A stretch of DNA of 64,000 nt from contig OZ025786.1 in assembly GCA_964019425.1 (NCBI GenBank), forward strand, positions 124,001 to 188,000, read 5' to 3'. This document shows positions 43,399 to 56,646 of this stretch, in pieces; within the stretch, counting starts at the first letter, position 1; each line of letters begins with the position of its first letter. The position numbers and the translations under genes are program-made. This DNA is from Flectonema sp. DT1601 (Eukaryota). The notes below the pieces were generated by a model, which saw only the letters and a list, made by a program, of their open reading frames with translations, was not told where the DNA came from and made no database searches.

Positions 43399-44295
43399 GA
43401 TTTTTTGGTATTTTTAACCAGAAAATTTTAAAGTAAAAACAAGTAAGAAAAAGAGCACAAAAGTGGACTACGGAAATTAAAGGGCATTAAAAGCCCTTTA
43501 ATTTCCCCTTTATTTTGCCCCCTTTAAAGGGGTACAAGTATGAATTTTGAAAAAAAAACAATCAGTTTAGCGTCTTGACCAGGACGGAAAATAGAAAGTA
43601 ATCGACATAGTCGATCGATAAAAAAACAATGATAACATTGTTTATTCTTTTTTTTTTTTTTTTTTTTTTTAATCCTTCTTATTATTTTAAAGAAAAAACA
43701 ATCAGTTTAGCGTCTTGACCAGGACGGAAAATAGAAAGTGATCGACATAGTCGATCGATAAAAAAAACAATGATAACATTGTTTATTCTTTTTTTTTTTT
43801 TTTTTTCGGGAAGATAAAATGGAAACTACTTTCTTTGTCCTTTCTCATTTTACAACAAATTTGTAAAATCTTTCTACTGACTCTGATCGTTGTCTCGACA
43901 TACAGCGACAGGGAAAACCCGCGAGCTGGGGACGACAGTCTTCTTTAGCATTTAAGCATTTTTCGACTTGAAAAGACATGACCCTTCAATTTAATGAGTT
44001 CTCATGTTTCTGGGTTTGGGATGGGGAATGTGCACTTCTTCTCTTGATCCTTTGTTCTCATGGACCTTTTTTTTAAATTCTTTTTATTTATTTTTTAAAG
44101 AAAAAAAAAACGGAAAATAAAAATTAGTTATTATGACTTCTATTTTTTTTCTTCAAGAAAATCATAAGGTGGGAACAAAGAAAAATGCTAAGAGGAACCC
44201 CTTATTAACACCTAAGACATCTAAACTGCAGCCCAGCTTATGCCCAATGCACTAACAGGTCATTCCCTCACACTCAGATCAAAAAATCAAGTAAA

Positions 44296-44420
44296 CATTT
44301 TCTTTTTCCAGCCTACAAACTTATTCACATTGCCCATAGTCTCCTTTAGATCGTTGTAGAATGAGTTGAGTGTCTTCTTCTCAAAGTCTTCTGTTGACAA
44401 CTTCTCATCAACCTGGATTG
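44296..44420 (-). pseudogene. Diverged pPolB fragment
   Basis: DEKLSTEDFEKKTLNSFYNDLKETMGNVN matches DEKLYTADFEKKTLDSFYNDLKKIMGNVN at 25285-25375. Confidence 0.8.
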
Positions 44421-45076
44421 TAGGTAGGATAAGAGATTTGGGAGAGGAATAGGGGCAGTGAACTTTTGGTTCAGGCCCTTCCCATCGAACAGGACGAGGA
44501 CTTCTAAAACCTGAGATGAACCAATTGAGTTGAAACAAACAAATAACAGAGACGCAACACATACCGGAACATCATCGCAAGCAATGCTTCGGACCTCCGT
44601 CGACCTTCGTTCTTCCGGCGGCAAAGGGAAACAAGAAAGAACGGGCAATGAGACAAACCTGTTAGTTGGTGTTGTGTTGTTGTTAAAAACAAAAACATAA
44701 ACGCCAGGAAGTTCGACAACGAAGACATCGACATCGATCGCTGCTCTGCAGATGTCCGGCGGGTGTTTGTCTACACTGTGTTTATTGTTTGTTTTTTTCC
44801 CAAGGTTCAACCTTGGGAAGAGAAGTAAAAAATTCCGTCAATGTTGGCCTTCCTGTTCGAAGGTGCGCACCAATGACGATAAATAGAGTGGGGGGAGAAA
44901 ACCTCTGATCCAACTGGATCCCTTCACGAGCTGACATTGCCATGTGAAGTTAAATATTCTGGCGATGCCGGCTCAGGCGACTTAGCCTGCTTTTTTCTTT
45001 AAATAAAAAAAATAAAAAGATACCAACAGGTGGGGTGATGGGTTGCACCACTGCAATCCAGTCACAAAAAGAAACA

Positions 45077-45391
45077 ATCAGTTTCATATTTCCAGTTCAG
45101 CTCTGGAGAGACATCGAGATGGATTCTGTATGAAGATGCTAGGTGACGTCCTCCCACAATCATGCTTTCAAAGTCTGCGATCATCACGAAGGGTTTCTTC
45201 ACGGTGTTGTTGTAGTTTGTGAACTTGATTTTGCTACCCTCCTTTGGCATGGTTACACGGGATGCCTCATTGTTCTTGCAATTGTTAAAGTGTTCTAACA
45301 TGGTTGTATCTTTCTTGAACGAGTGCAGGCATCTGGGGCAGTGGGAACCATGTTTTGAATCGCTACCCATGAGACGGCCAAGTGACTTGAT
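45077..45391 (-). pseudogene. pPolB N-terminal fragment
   Basis: Near-identical to about 25395-25708 (CPRCLHSF...IADFES). Confidence 0.9.
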
Positions 45392-46085
45392 CCTTGAGGG
45401 ACCCCCTTCGTACAGGATCTGGATCCACTATCTAATCCCAGAGACAGACTCACATTTCTATCTGAAAGATAGTTCGCAAGCCATTTAACATACGGAACCG
45501 GCAGGACAGCTACCAATCTATCAACGAGTATTTGATGATCCACGTTATCGAATGCCCCAGAGATATCAAAGAGGATGATCGCTCCATAACCATCATAGAG
45601 TTTCTGCACACCGGAAGCCGCATCCACCAATAGCGAGATGTTCTCTTCTACATTCCTGCCCGGCGTAAAACCAGACTGCCTAGGGTCCAACTTCCCCTCC
45701 AACAAATGTTCACATCGATTACCCACAAGCGACTCCAAGCACTTCGAAACAATTGACGTCAAAGAGATTGGTCTGTAAGAAGACGGAAGAAGCGAGTCAC
45801 GATCCCCTCCCTTCGGAATTATTATCACCTTGGCCTTTTTCATGCAAGAGGGAAAGATACCCCTCCTGAAAGATAGCGAGGCGAGTCTAAGCAATAGTAG
45901 GAACATACGGGGACCCAAGTTAAGCAGCATATTATTAGAAACAGAATCTAAACCAGACCCGTGGGAGGGAGTCAATGACTTCAGTACCGTGCATAACTCA
46001 TGAATCGAAAAAGAACCACAGCTTGAGTCATCATAATCAGCAGGCTTCGAATCAGGAACTAATAACGGTGAGGATTTTGAATCAC
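45392..46085 (-). pseudogene. Non-LTR retrotransposon RT fragment (domains 0-4)
   Basis: GLDSV, IPKG...SYRPISLTSIVSKCLE, QSGF, FDISGAFDNVDH, GVPQGS; abuts the pPolB fragment. Confidence 0.9.
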
Positions 46086-46086
46086 G

Positions 46087-46528
46087 GTTGAATTACCAGG
46101 TGACATTTGGACAGTTAGCTTTTGGCTAAGGCCCTCCCTGAAGAGCAAGAACAGAAAAACTACTCACACCTGAAGAAAACATACACAAAGAACACACTGT
46201 AAGCTGTATGTGTATTTTGTGTTTGTCACAACAGGAGAGAAAAGAAAGAATGTCAAGGTTGGTCACCTTGCCTATCAACGCACAACGCTCAACGAACTTT
46301 CATGATCGCAGAAGAATCTTTTTAGATGACGATTGCTAAGTTCTAGTTTCTATTAGTATTTATTTATTTGTATTATCCTGTTGTGACAAACACAAAATAC
46401 ACACACAGCTTACAGTGTGTTCTTTGTGTATGTTTTCTTCAGGTGTGAGTAGTTTTTCTGTTCTTGCTCTTCAGGGAGGGCCTTAGCCAAAAGCTAACTG
46501 TCCAAATCTCACCTGGTAATTCAACTCA
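46087..46528. mobile_element. MITE-like foldback with ~150-bp inverted repeats
   Basis: 46087-46236 is the inverse of about 46377-46526; no TSD recognised. Confidence 0.8.
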
Positions 46529-47581
46529 GTCCTTGTCAGTTTTGACATCAAACCTGTAATGGTTTAATCATTACAGGTTATTTACTGAAATATTTGTTCT
46601 AAAAGTTGCTAAGTATTTCTCACTTAGAAATTTTTTATTTTTTTATTTTCAGCTTAATTAGCTACGAATTGTTTCTACTAAGTGTTTCTCACTTAGATTT
46701 TTTTTTTTGCTTTTCAGCTCCTTAAAAGCTGCTAAGTGTTTCTGCTAAGTGTTTCTCACTTAGAATTTTATTGTTATGTTCGTTTTCTATCCCCTCTTCT
46801 ATCCCTTTTGTTCAAAAAAAGCGATGAGAAATTTCTCTCATTCATGCTAAGATGCACTCTGAACTTTGATTTTTTGATCTGAGTGTGAGGGAATGACCTG
46901 TTAGTGCATTGGGCATAAGCTGGGCTGCAGTTTAGATGTCTTAGGTGTTAATAAGGGGTTCCTCTTAGCATTTTTCTTTGTTACCACCTTATGATTTTCT
47001 TGAAGAAAAAAAATAGAAGTCATAATGGTGCTTCCCTCTGGAAGGGTTGTAAGCCATGGTGTCCAACTAGATTAAAGGACAAGTCTGGGATAATCCCTGC
47101 CAGAGGGGCGAGTATTCTACCATGGTTGAAATACTCTGGCAACTGATCTTCAATTTTATGTTGTTTGTTAGCTGCTGGTGTATCTTGATCATGTGCTGAT
47201 ACTTGCATTTTTTTTATTTGTAATCTTTCACTACAATCATTCTTGCCTATATCTTTTATTTTTATTCTGGTCTGTTACCTCATTTGTCTTGTTTAACTTC
47301 AGTTATATCCATTTTACTTTTTATTATTTCCCATCTACTTTTTATTTTCTATTAGTTCTGGTCAGAAACTCCTGGGCAGCAAGAAGGAAAGTAGTTAAGT
47401 ACTTCTGGGTGTTTGGCATCACCCCCCATAGTGAGCAAGTACAACAGGTAGCATTGGTAGTCTGTTGATCCTGAGTGATCCCAGCTACAGTTTTGTTTTT
47501 CTTTCTTTTTTTTAGAAGAAGATCAGGACATCCAAGCACTGCTGGATAGTTGCTGAATGCAGGGCCTGCCTGTGGCATTAT

Positions 47582-47969
47582 GAATTTCGATAAAGTGGGA
47601 AGTAACGGACTGGGAGCTTTTGGCTCCTGCCCTATTCCCGATGTAAACTTTCTTTTTATTTTTTTTTTTTTTTAACAGGCCCAAAGGGCGACAATGATGG
47701 TTGCTGACCAAGGAATAATATTCAAATGAATTTTCGTTTCAAAGAAACGAACAGAATTAAGAGAGAGGTAGAGAAAAAAAAAAAAAAAAGAAAGAATAGA
47801 AAAAAAATATGAAGAGGAAATAATCAAACATGAAAAAAAAAAAAATAAAATAAAATATAAATAAAAAACGTTGTATGAAAAAGGAAAAAAAGAAAAAAAA
47901 GACCAGAAAAGGAAGGAGAAAATGAAAAGGTATAATATTATTGTGGGGATATGAGGATAGCAGGGAGAT

Positions 47970-48007
<38 letters not shown>

Positions 48008-48010
48008 TAT
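47582..48010 (+). mobile_element. Satellite-head element
   Basis: GAATTTCGATAAAGTGGGAAG start, leads directly into the array. Confidence 0.9.
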
Positions 48011-48820
48011 TTAAAAAAAGGAAACAATCAGTTTAGCGTCTCGATCAGGACGGAAAATAGAAATTAATCGACATAGTCGATCGATAGAAAAAAAAAACAA
48101 TGATAACATTGTTTATTCTTTTTTTTTTTTTTTTTTTTTTTTAAATCCTTTTAATTATTTTAAAGAAAAAACAATCAGTTTAGCGTCCTGACCAGGACGG
48201 AAAATTGAAAGTGATCGACATAGTCGATCGATAAAAAAACAATGATAACATTGTTTATTCTTTTTTTTTTTTTTTTTTTTAACCTTTTAATTATTTTTTA
48301 AAGAAAAAACAATCAGTTTAGCGTCTTGACCAGGACGGAAAATAGAAAGTGATCGACATAGTCGATCGATAAAAAACAATGATAACATTGTTTATTCTTT
48401 TTTTTTTTTTTTTTTTTTTTTTAATCCTTTTTATTATTTTAAAGAAAAAACAATCAGTTTAGCGTCTTGACCAGGACGGAAAATAGAAAGTGATCGACAT
48501 AGTCGATCGATAAAAAAACAATGATAACATTGTTTATTCTTTTTTTTTTTTTTTTTTTTTTTAAATCCTTCTTATTATTTTTTAAAGAAAAAACAATCAG
48601 TTTAGCGTCTTGACCAGGACGGAAAATAGAAAGTAATCGACATAGTCGATCGATAAAATAAAAACAATGATAACATTGTTTATTCCCTTTTTTTTTTTTT
48701 TTTTATTCTTTTTATTTATTTTTAAAGAAAAAAACAATCAGTTTAGCGTCTTGACCAGGACGGGAAATAGAAAGTGATCGACATAGTCGATCGATAAAAA
48801 AACAATGATAACATTGTTCA

Positions 48821-48851
<31 letters not shown>

Positions 48852-49245
48852 TTCTTTTTATTTATTTTTTAAAGAAAAAACAATCAGTTTAGCGTCTTGA
48901 CCAGGACAGAAAATAGAAATTAGTCGACAAAGTCGATCGATAACAAAACAATGATAACATTGTTTATTCTTTTTTTTTTTTTTTTTTTTTTATTCTTTTT
49001 ATTTATTTTTTAAAGAAAAAACAATCAGTTTAGCGTCTTGACCAGGACGGAAAATAGAAAGTGATCGACATAGTCGATCGATAAAAAACAATGATAACAT
49101 TGTTTATTCTTTTTTTTTTTTTTTTTTTTTAATCCTTTTTATTATTTTAAAGAAAAACAATCAGTTTAGCGTCTTGACCAGGACGGAAAATAGAAAGTGA
49201 TCGACATAGTCGATCGATAAAAAAACAATGATAACATTGTTTATT

Positions 49246-49279
<34 letters not shown>

Positions 49280-51122
49280 CTTTTTATTATTTTTAAAGAA
49301 AAAACAATCAGTTTAGCGTCTTGACCAGGACGGAAAATAGAAAGTAATCGACATAGTCGATCGATAAAATAAAAACAATGATAACATTGTTTATTCCTTT
49401 TTTTTTTTTTTTTTAATTCTTTTTATTTATTTTTAAAGAAAAAAACAATCAGTTTAGCGTCCTGACCAGGACGGGAAATAGAAAGTGATCGACATAGTCG
49501 ATCGATAAAAAAACAATGATAACATTGTTTATTCTTTTTTTTTTTTTTTTTTTTTTTTATTCTTTTTATTTATTTTTTAAAGAAAAAACAATCAGTTTAG
49601 CGTCTTGACCAGGACAGAAAATAGAAATTAGTCGACAAAGTCGATCGATAACAAAACAATGATAACATTGTTTATTCTTTTTTTTTTTTTTTTTTTTTTA
49701 TTCTTTTTATTTATTTTTTAACGAAAAAACAATCAGTTTAGCGTCCTGACCAGGACGGAAAATAGAAAGTAATCGACATAGTCGATCGATAAAAAAAAAC
49801 AATGATAACATTGTTTAATCTTTTTTTTTTTTTTTTTTTTTTATTCTTTTTATTTATTTAGAAAAAACAATCAGTTTAGCGTCTTGACCAGGACGGAAAA
49901 TAGAAATTCGTCGACAAAGTCGATCGATAAAAAAACAATGATAACATTGTTTATTCTTTTTTTTTTTTTTTTTTTTTAAATTCTTTTTATTTATTTTTTA
50001 AAGAAAAAAAACGGAAAATAGAAATTAGTCGACAAAGTCGAACGATAAAAAAACAATGATAACATTGTTTAATCTTTTTTTTTTAAATTCTTTTTATTTA
50101 TTTTTTAAAGAAAAAAAAACGGAAAATAGAAATTAGTCGACAAAGTCGAACGATAAAAAAACAATGATAACATTGTTTATTCTTTTTTTTTTATTTTTTT
50201 TATATTTTTTTTTAATTAATTTTGAAAAAAAAAACAATCAGTTTAGCGTCTTGACCAGGACGGAAAATAGAAAGCGATCGACATAGTCGATCGATAAGAA
50301 AACAATGATAACATTGTTTATTCTTTTTTTTAATTTTAAATTCTTTTTATTTATTTTTTAAAGAAAAAAAACGGAAAATAGAAATTAGTCGACAAAGTCG
50401 AACGATAAAAAAAAACAATGATAACATTGTTTATTCTTTTTTTTGTATTTTTTTTATATTCTTTTTTATTAATTTTGAAAAAAAAAAAAACAATCAGTTT
50501 AGCGTCTTGACCAGGACGGAAAATAGAAAGTGATCGACATAGTCGATCGATAAAAAAACAATGATAATATTGTTTATTCTTTTTTTTTTTTTTTTTTTTT
50601 AAATTCTTTTTATTTATTTTTTAAAGAAAAAAATGGAAAATAGAAAATAGTCAACAAAGTCGAACGATAAAAAAAAACAATGATAACATTGTTTATTCTA
50701 TTTTTTTATTTTTTTTTTTTTTCTATTCTTTTTTATTAATTTTGAAAAAAAAAAAACAATCAGTTTAGCGTCTTGACCAGGACGGAAAATAGAAAGTAAT
50801 CGACATAGTCGATCGATAAAAAAAAACAATGATAACATTGTTTATTCTTTTTTTTTTTTTTTTTAAATTCTTTTTATTTATTTTTTAAAAAGAAAAAAAA
50901 CGGAAAATAGAAATTAGTCAACAAAGTCGAACGATAAAAAAAAAAACAATGATAACATTGTTTATTCTTTTTTTTTTATTTTTTTTATATTCTTTTTTAT
51001 TAATTTTGAAAAAAAAACAATCAGTTTAGCGTCTTGACCAGGACGGAAAATAGAAAGTGATCGACATAGTCGATCGATAAAAAAACAATGATAACATTGT
51101 TTATTCTTTTTTTTTATTTTAA
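48011..51122 (+). repeat. Satellite array of ~100-125-bp units
   Basis: AACAATCAGTTTAGCGTCTTGACCAGGACGGAAAATAGAAAGTGATCGACATAGTCGATCGATAAAAAAACAATGATAACATTGTTTATTC(T)n. Confidence 0.97.
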
Positions 51123-51816
51123 CATAGATGGAAGTGCCCTCCAAATTTGGAGGGCGCCTGGTGAAAATCAGCCACAAAAATTTGTAGGGCCAAAATAGGG
51201 CCATTGTAGGGCCAAAATAGGGCCAAAATAGGGCGCTGGAGGGCGCGTAGGGCGCTTTTTTAATTAAATTTAATATAATGCCGAGCTCATTTTGACACAC
51301 CCCTGCCCTCAGCGACGGTCGAATCGCATCTTATTTGACTTTTCTCCGGTTCGCCCGATCAAATGCGTCTCTGGGATATCAGTTTACTTGCCACCAGTAA
51401 ACTTCTTTTTTTTCTCACAAGGTACCGTGAAGACCGGCCTATTAACAGGTTAGTAAGAACGCACTCTCCCTCCTCGAATCCCTCTATATTCGACTCGGTG
51501 CATTCTGCGGGCTAATCAGCTCCTTGTAGATCTGGGATGCATCGTCCACTGAAATGAGTTTCAGCTTCAGGGATTGTAGCAGGCTCCGGAAGCTCTCAAG
51601 GAGTAGCCCATTGTTTTTGCCATTGTTGACCTCCGAACCATGACCTGGAGGTCTCGGGTTCGAACCCCGTGACACCCTTTTTTCTCTTTTTCGAAAGACT
51701 GCCAAGCATGTCAAAATTTTTTTTTGGCTTCTGCGTCAAAATACTTGTGCGTCAGTGTAAGTCGACGTCAATTTAGCTGTCTTATAGTAATAAAAAAGGT
51801 AAAAAAAAGCGCCCTC

Positions 51817-52008
51817 GAATTCGATAGAGTGGGAAGTAACGGACTGGGAGCTTTTGGCTCCTGCCCTATTCCCGAAGTAAACTTTCTTTTTATTTTTTTT
51901 TTTTTTTTAACAGGCCCAGAGGGCGACAATGACTGTTGCTGACCAAGGAATAATATTCAAATGAATTTTCGTTTCAAAGAAACGAACAGAATTAAGAGAG
52001 AGGCAGAG

Positions 52009-52039
<31 letters not shown>

Positions 52040-52163
52040 AAAAAAAATATGAAGAGGAAATAATCAAACATGAAAAAAAAAAAAAAAAAAAAAAGACCAG
52101 AAAAGGAAAGAGAAAATGAAAAGGTATAATATTATTGTGGGGATATGAGGATAGCAGGGAGAT

Positions 52164-52199
<36 letters not shown>

Positions 52200-55100
52200 T
52201 TATTATTTAAAAAAAGGAAACAATCAGTTTAGCGTCTCGATCGGGACGGAAAATAGAAATTAATCGACATAGTCGATCGATAGAAAACAAAACAATGATA
52301 ACATTGTTTATTCATTTTTTTTTTTTTTTTTTTTTTTAAATCCTTTTAATTATTTTAAAGAAAAAACAATCAGTTTAGCGTCTTGACCAGGACGGAAAAT
52401 AGAAAGTGATCGACATAGTCGATCGATAAAAAAACAATGATAACATTGTTTATTCTTTTTTTTTTTTTTTTTTTAAATTCTTATTATTTATTTTTTAAAG
52501 AAAAAAAACGGAAAATAAAAATTAGTCGACAAAGTCGAACGATAAAAAAAAAAAAAACAATGATAACATTGTTTATTCTTTTTTTTTTTTTTTTTTTTTT
52601 TTATATTCTTTTTTATTAATTTTGAAAAAAAAAACAATCAGTTTAGCGTCTTGACCAGGACGGAAAATAGAAAGTAATCGACATAGTCGATCGATAAAAA
52701 AACAATGATAACATTGTTTAATCTTTTTTTTTAATTTTTTTTTATTTATTTTTTAAAGAAAAAAAAAACGGAAAATAGAAATTAGTCGACAAAGTCGAAC
52801 GATAAAAAAACAATGATAACATTGTTTATTCTTTTTTTTTTATTTTTTTTATATTTTTTTTTTTAATTAATTTTGAAAAAAAAAACAATCAGTTTAGCGT
52901 CTTGACCAGGACGGAAAATAGAAAGCGATCGACATAGTCGATCGATAAGAAAACAATGATAACATTGTTTATTCTTTTTATTATTTTAAATTCTTTTTAT
53001 TTATTTTTTAAAGAAAAAAAAAACGGAAAATAGAAATTAGTCGACAAAGTCGAACGATAAAAAAAAACAATGATAACATTGTTTATTCTTTTTTTTGTAT
53101 TTTTTTTATATTCTTTTTTATTAATTTTGAGAAAAAAAAAAAACAATCAGTTTAGCGTCTTGACCAGGACGGAAAATAGAAAGTGATCGACATAGTCGAT
53201 CGATAAAAAAAAAAAAAAAACAATGATAATATTGTTTATTCTTTTTTTTTTTTTTTTTTTTAAATTCTTTTTATTTATTTTTAAAGAAAAAAAATGGAAA
53301 ATAGAAAATAGTCAACAAAGTCGAACGATAAAAAAAAACAATGATAACATTGTTTATTCTATTTTTTTATTTTTTTTTTTTTTTTCTATTCTTTTTTATT
53401 AATTTTGAAAAAAAAAAAAACAATCAGTTTAGCGTCTTGACCAGGACGGAAAATAGAAAGTAATCGACATAGTCGATCGATAAAAAAAACAATGATAACA
53501 TTGTTTATTCTTTTTTTTTTTTTTTTAAATTCTTTTTATTTATTTTTTAAAAAGAAAAAAAACGGAAAATAGAAATTAGTCAACAAAGTCGAACGATAAA
53601 AAAAAAAACAATGATAACATTGTTTATTCTTTTTTTTTTTTTTATTTTTTTATATTCTTTTTTATTAATTTTGAAAAAAAAAAAACAATCAGTTTAGCGT
53701 CTTGACCAGGACGGAAAATAGAAAGTGATCGACATAGTCGATCGATAAAAAAAACAATGATAACATTGTTTATTCTTTTTTTTTTTATTTTTAAAGAAAA
53801 AAAACGGAAAATAGAAATTAGTCGACAAAGTCGAACGATAAAAAAAACAATGATAACATTGTTTATTCTTTTTTTTATTTTTTTTTTTATATTCTTTTTT
53901 ATTAATTTTGAAAAAAAAAACAATCAGTTTAGCGTCTTGACCAGGACGGAAAATAGAAAGTGATCGACATAGTCGATCGATAAAAAAAACAATGATAACA
54001 TTGTTTATTCTTTTTTTTATTTTTTTTTTTATATTCTTTTTTATTAATTTTGAAAAAAAAAACAATCAGTTTAGCGTCTTGACCAGGACGGAAAATAGAA
54101 AGTAATCGACATAGTCGATCGATAAAAAAAACAATGATAACATTGTTTATTCTTTTTTTTTATTTTAAATTCTTTTTATTTATTTTTTAAAGAAAAGAAA
54201 CGGAAAATAGAAATTAGTCGACAAAGTCGAACGATAAAAAAACAATGATAACATTGTTTATTCTTTTTTTTTAATTTTTTTTATATTTTTTTTTTTAATT
54301 AATTTTGAAAAAAAAACAATCAGTTTAGCGTCTTGACCAGGACGGAAAATAGAAAGTGATCGACATAGTCGATCGATAAAAAAACAATGATAACATTGTT
54401 TATTCTTTTTTTTTATTTTAAATTCTTTTTATTTATTTTTTAAAGAAAAGAAACGGAAAATAGAAATTAGTCGACAAAGTCGAACGATAAAAAAACAATG
54501 ATAACATTGTTTATTCTTTTTTTTTTTTTTTTTTATTTCTTTTTATTTATTAAAAAAAAAAACAATCAGTTTAGCGTCTTGACCAGGACGGAAAATAGAA
54601 AGTGATCGACATAGTCGATCGATAAAAAAACAATGATAACATTGTTTATTCTTTTTTTTTTTTTTTTTAAATTCTTTTTATTTATTTTTTAAAGAAAAGA
54701 AACGGAAAATAGAAATTAGTCGACAAAGTCGAACGATAAAAAAACAATGATAACATTGTTTATTCTTTTTTTTTAATTTTTTTATATTCTTTTTTATTAA
54801 TTTCGAAAAAAAAACAATCAGTTTAGCGTCTTGACCAGGACGGAAAATAGAAAGTGATCGACATAGTCGATCGATAAAAAAACAATGATAACATTGTTTA
54901 TTCTTTTTTTTTATTTTAAATTCTTTTTATTTATTTTTTAAAGAAAAGAAACGGAAAATAGATATTAGTCGACAAAGTCGAACGATAAAAAAACAATGAT
55001 AACATTGTTTATTCTTTTTTTTTAATTTTTTTTTTTATATTCTTTTTTATTAATTTCGAAAAAAAACAATCAGTTTAGCGTCTTGACCAGGACGGAAAAT

Positions 55101-56646
55101 AGAAAGTGATCGACATAGTCGATCGATAAAAAAACAATGATAACATTGTTTATTCTTTTTTTTTATTTTAAATTCTTTTTATTTATTTTTTAAAGAAAAG
55201 AAACGGAAAATAGAAATTAGTCGACAAAGTCGAACGATAAAAAAAACAATGATAACATTGTTTATTCTTTTTTTTTATTTTAAATTCTTTTTATTTATTT
55301 TTTAAAGAAAAGAAACGGAAAATAGAAATTAGTCGACAAAGTCGAACGATAAAAAAACAATGATAACATTGTTTATTCTTTTTTTTTTTTTTTTTATTTC
55401 TTTTTATTTATTAAAAAAAAAACAATCAGTTTAGCGTCTTGACCAGGACGGAAAATAGAAAGTGATCGACATAGTCGATCGATAAAAAAACAATGATAAC
55501 ATTGTTTATTCTTTTTTTTTTTTTTTTTAAATTCTTTTTATTTATTTTTTAAAGAAAAGAAACGGAAAATAGAAATTAGTCGACAAAGTCGAACGATAAA
55601 AAAACAATGATAACATTGTTTATTCTTTTTTTTTAATTTTTTTTTTTATATTCTTTTTTATTAATTTCGAAAAAAAACAATCAGTTTAGCGTCTTGACCA
55701 GGACGGAAAATAGAAAGTGATCGACATAGTCGATCGATAAAAAAACAATGATAACATTGTTTATTCTTTTTTTTTATTTTAAATTCTTTTTATTTATTTT
55801 TTAAAGAAAAGAAACGGAAAATAGAAATTAGTCGACAAAGTCGAACGATAAAAAAAACAATGATAACATTGTTTATTCTTTTTTTTTATTTTAAATTCTT
55901 TTTATTTATTTTTTAAAGAAAAGAAACGGAAAATAGAAATTAGTCGACAAAGTCGAACGATAAAAAAACAATGATAACATTGTTTATTCTTTTTTTTTAT
56001 TTTAAATTCTTTTTATTTATTTTTTAAAGAAAAAAAAAACGGAAAATAGAAATTAGTCGACAAAGTCGAACGATAAAAAAAACAATGATAACATTGTTTA
56101 TTCTTTTTTTTTATTTTATTTTTATATTCTTTTTTATTAATTTTGAAAAAAAAAAACAATCAGTTTAGCGTCTTGACCAGGACGATAAATAGAAAGTAAT
56201 CGACATAGTCGATCGATAAAAAAAACAATGATAACATTGTTTATTCTTTTTTTTTATTTTAAATTCTTTTTATTTATTTTTTAAAGAAAAGAAACGGAAA
56301 ATAGAAATTAGTCGACAAAGTCGAACGATAAAAAAACAATGATAACATTGTTTATTCTTTTTTTTTTTTTTTTTTTTATTTCTTTTTATTTATTAAAAAA
56401 AAAAACAATCAGTTTAGCGTCTTGACCAGGACGGAAAATAGAAAGTGATCGACATAGTCGATCGATAAAAAAAACAATGATAACATTGTTTATTCTTTTT
56501 TTTTATTTTAAATTCTTTTTATTTATTTTTTAAAGAAAAAAACTGAAAATAGAAATTAGTCGACAAAGTCGAACGATAAAAAAAACAATGATAACATTGT
56601 TTATTCTTTTTTTTTTTATTTTAAATTCTTTTTATTTATTTTTTTA
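51817..56646 (+). repeat. Satellite-head element plus ~4.4-kb satellite array of alternating long and short units
   Basis: Head 51817-52210; long unit with GATCGACATAGTCGATC, short unit with AGTCGACAAAGTCGAAC. Confidence 0.95.

Larger units (their letters stand above)
37171..43469 (-). mobile_element. Tyrosine-recombinase retrotransposon (VIPER/TATE-like gene order) with split direct repeats A1-ORFs-B1-A2-B2
   Basis: A1 43469-43052; B1 38918-38696; A2 38667-38488 plus 37665-37413; B2 37393-37171; gag, YR and RT-RNase H ORFs uninterrupted. Confidence 0.93.
32982..43542. mobile_element. CATAC-family TIR element expanded to 10.5 kb by nested insertions; 6-bp TSD AATTTT
   Basis: Perfect 24-bp TIR CATACTTGTACCCCTTTAAAGGGG at both ends; AATTTT at 32976-32981 and 43543-43548; subterminal TAAAGGG repeats. 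Confidence 0.88.
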
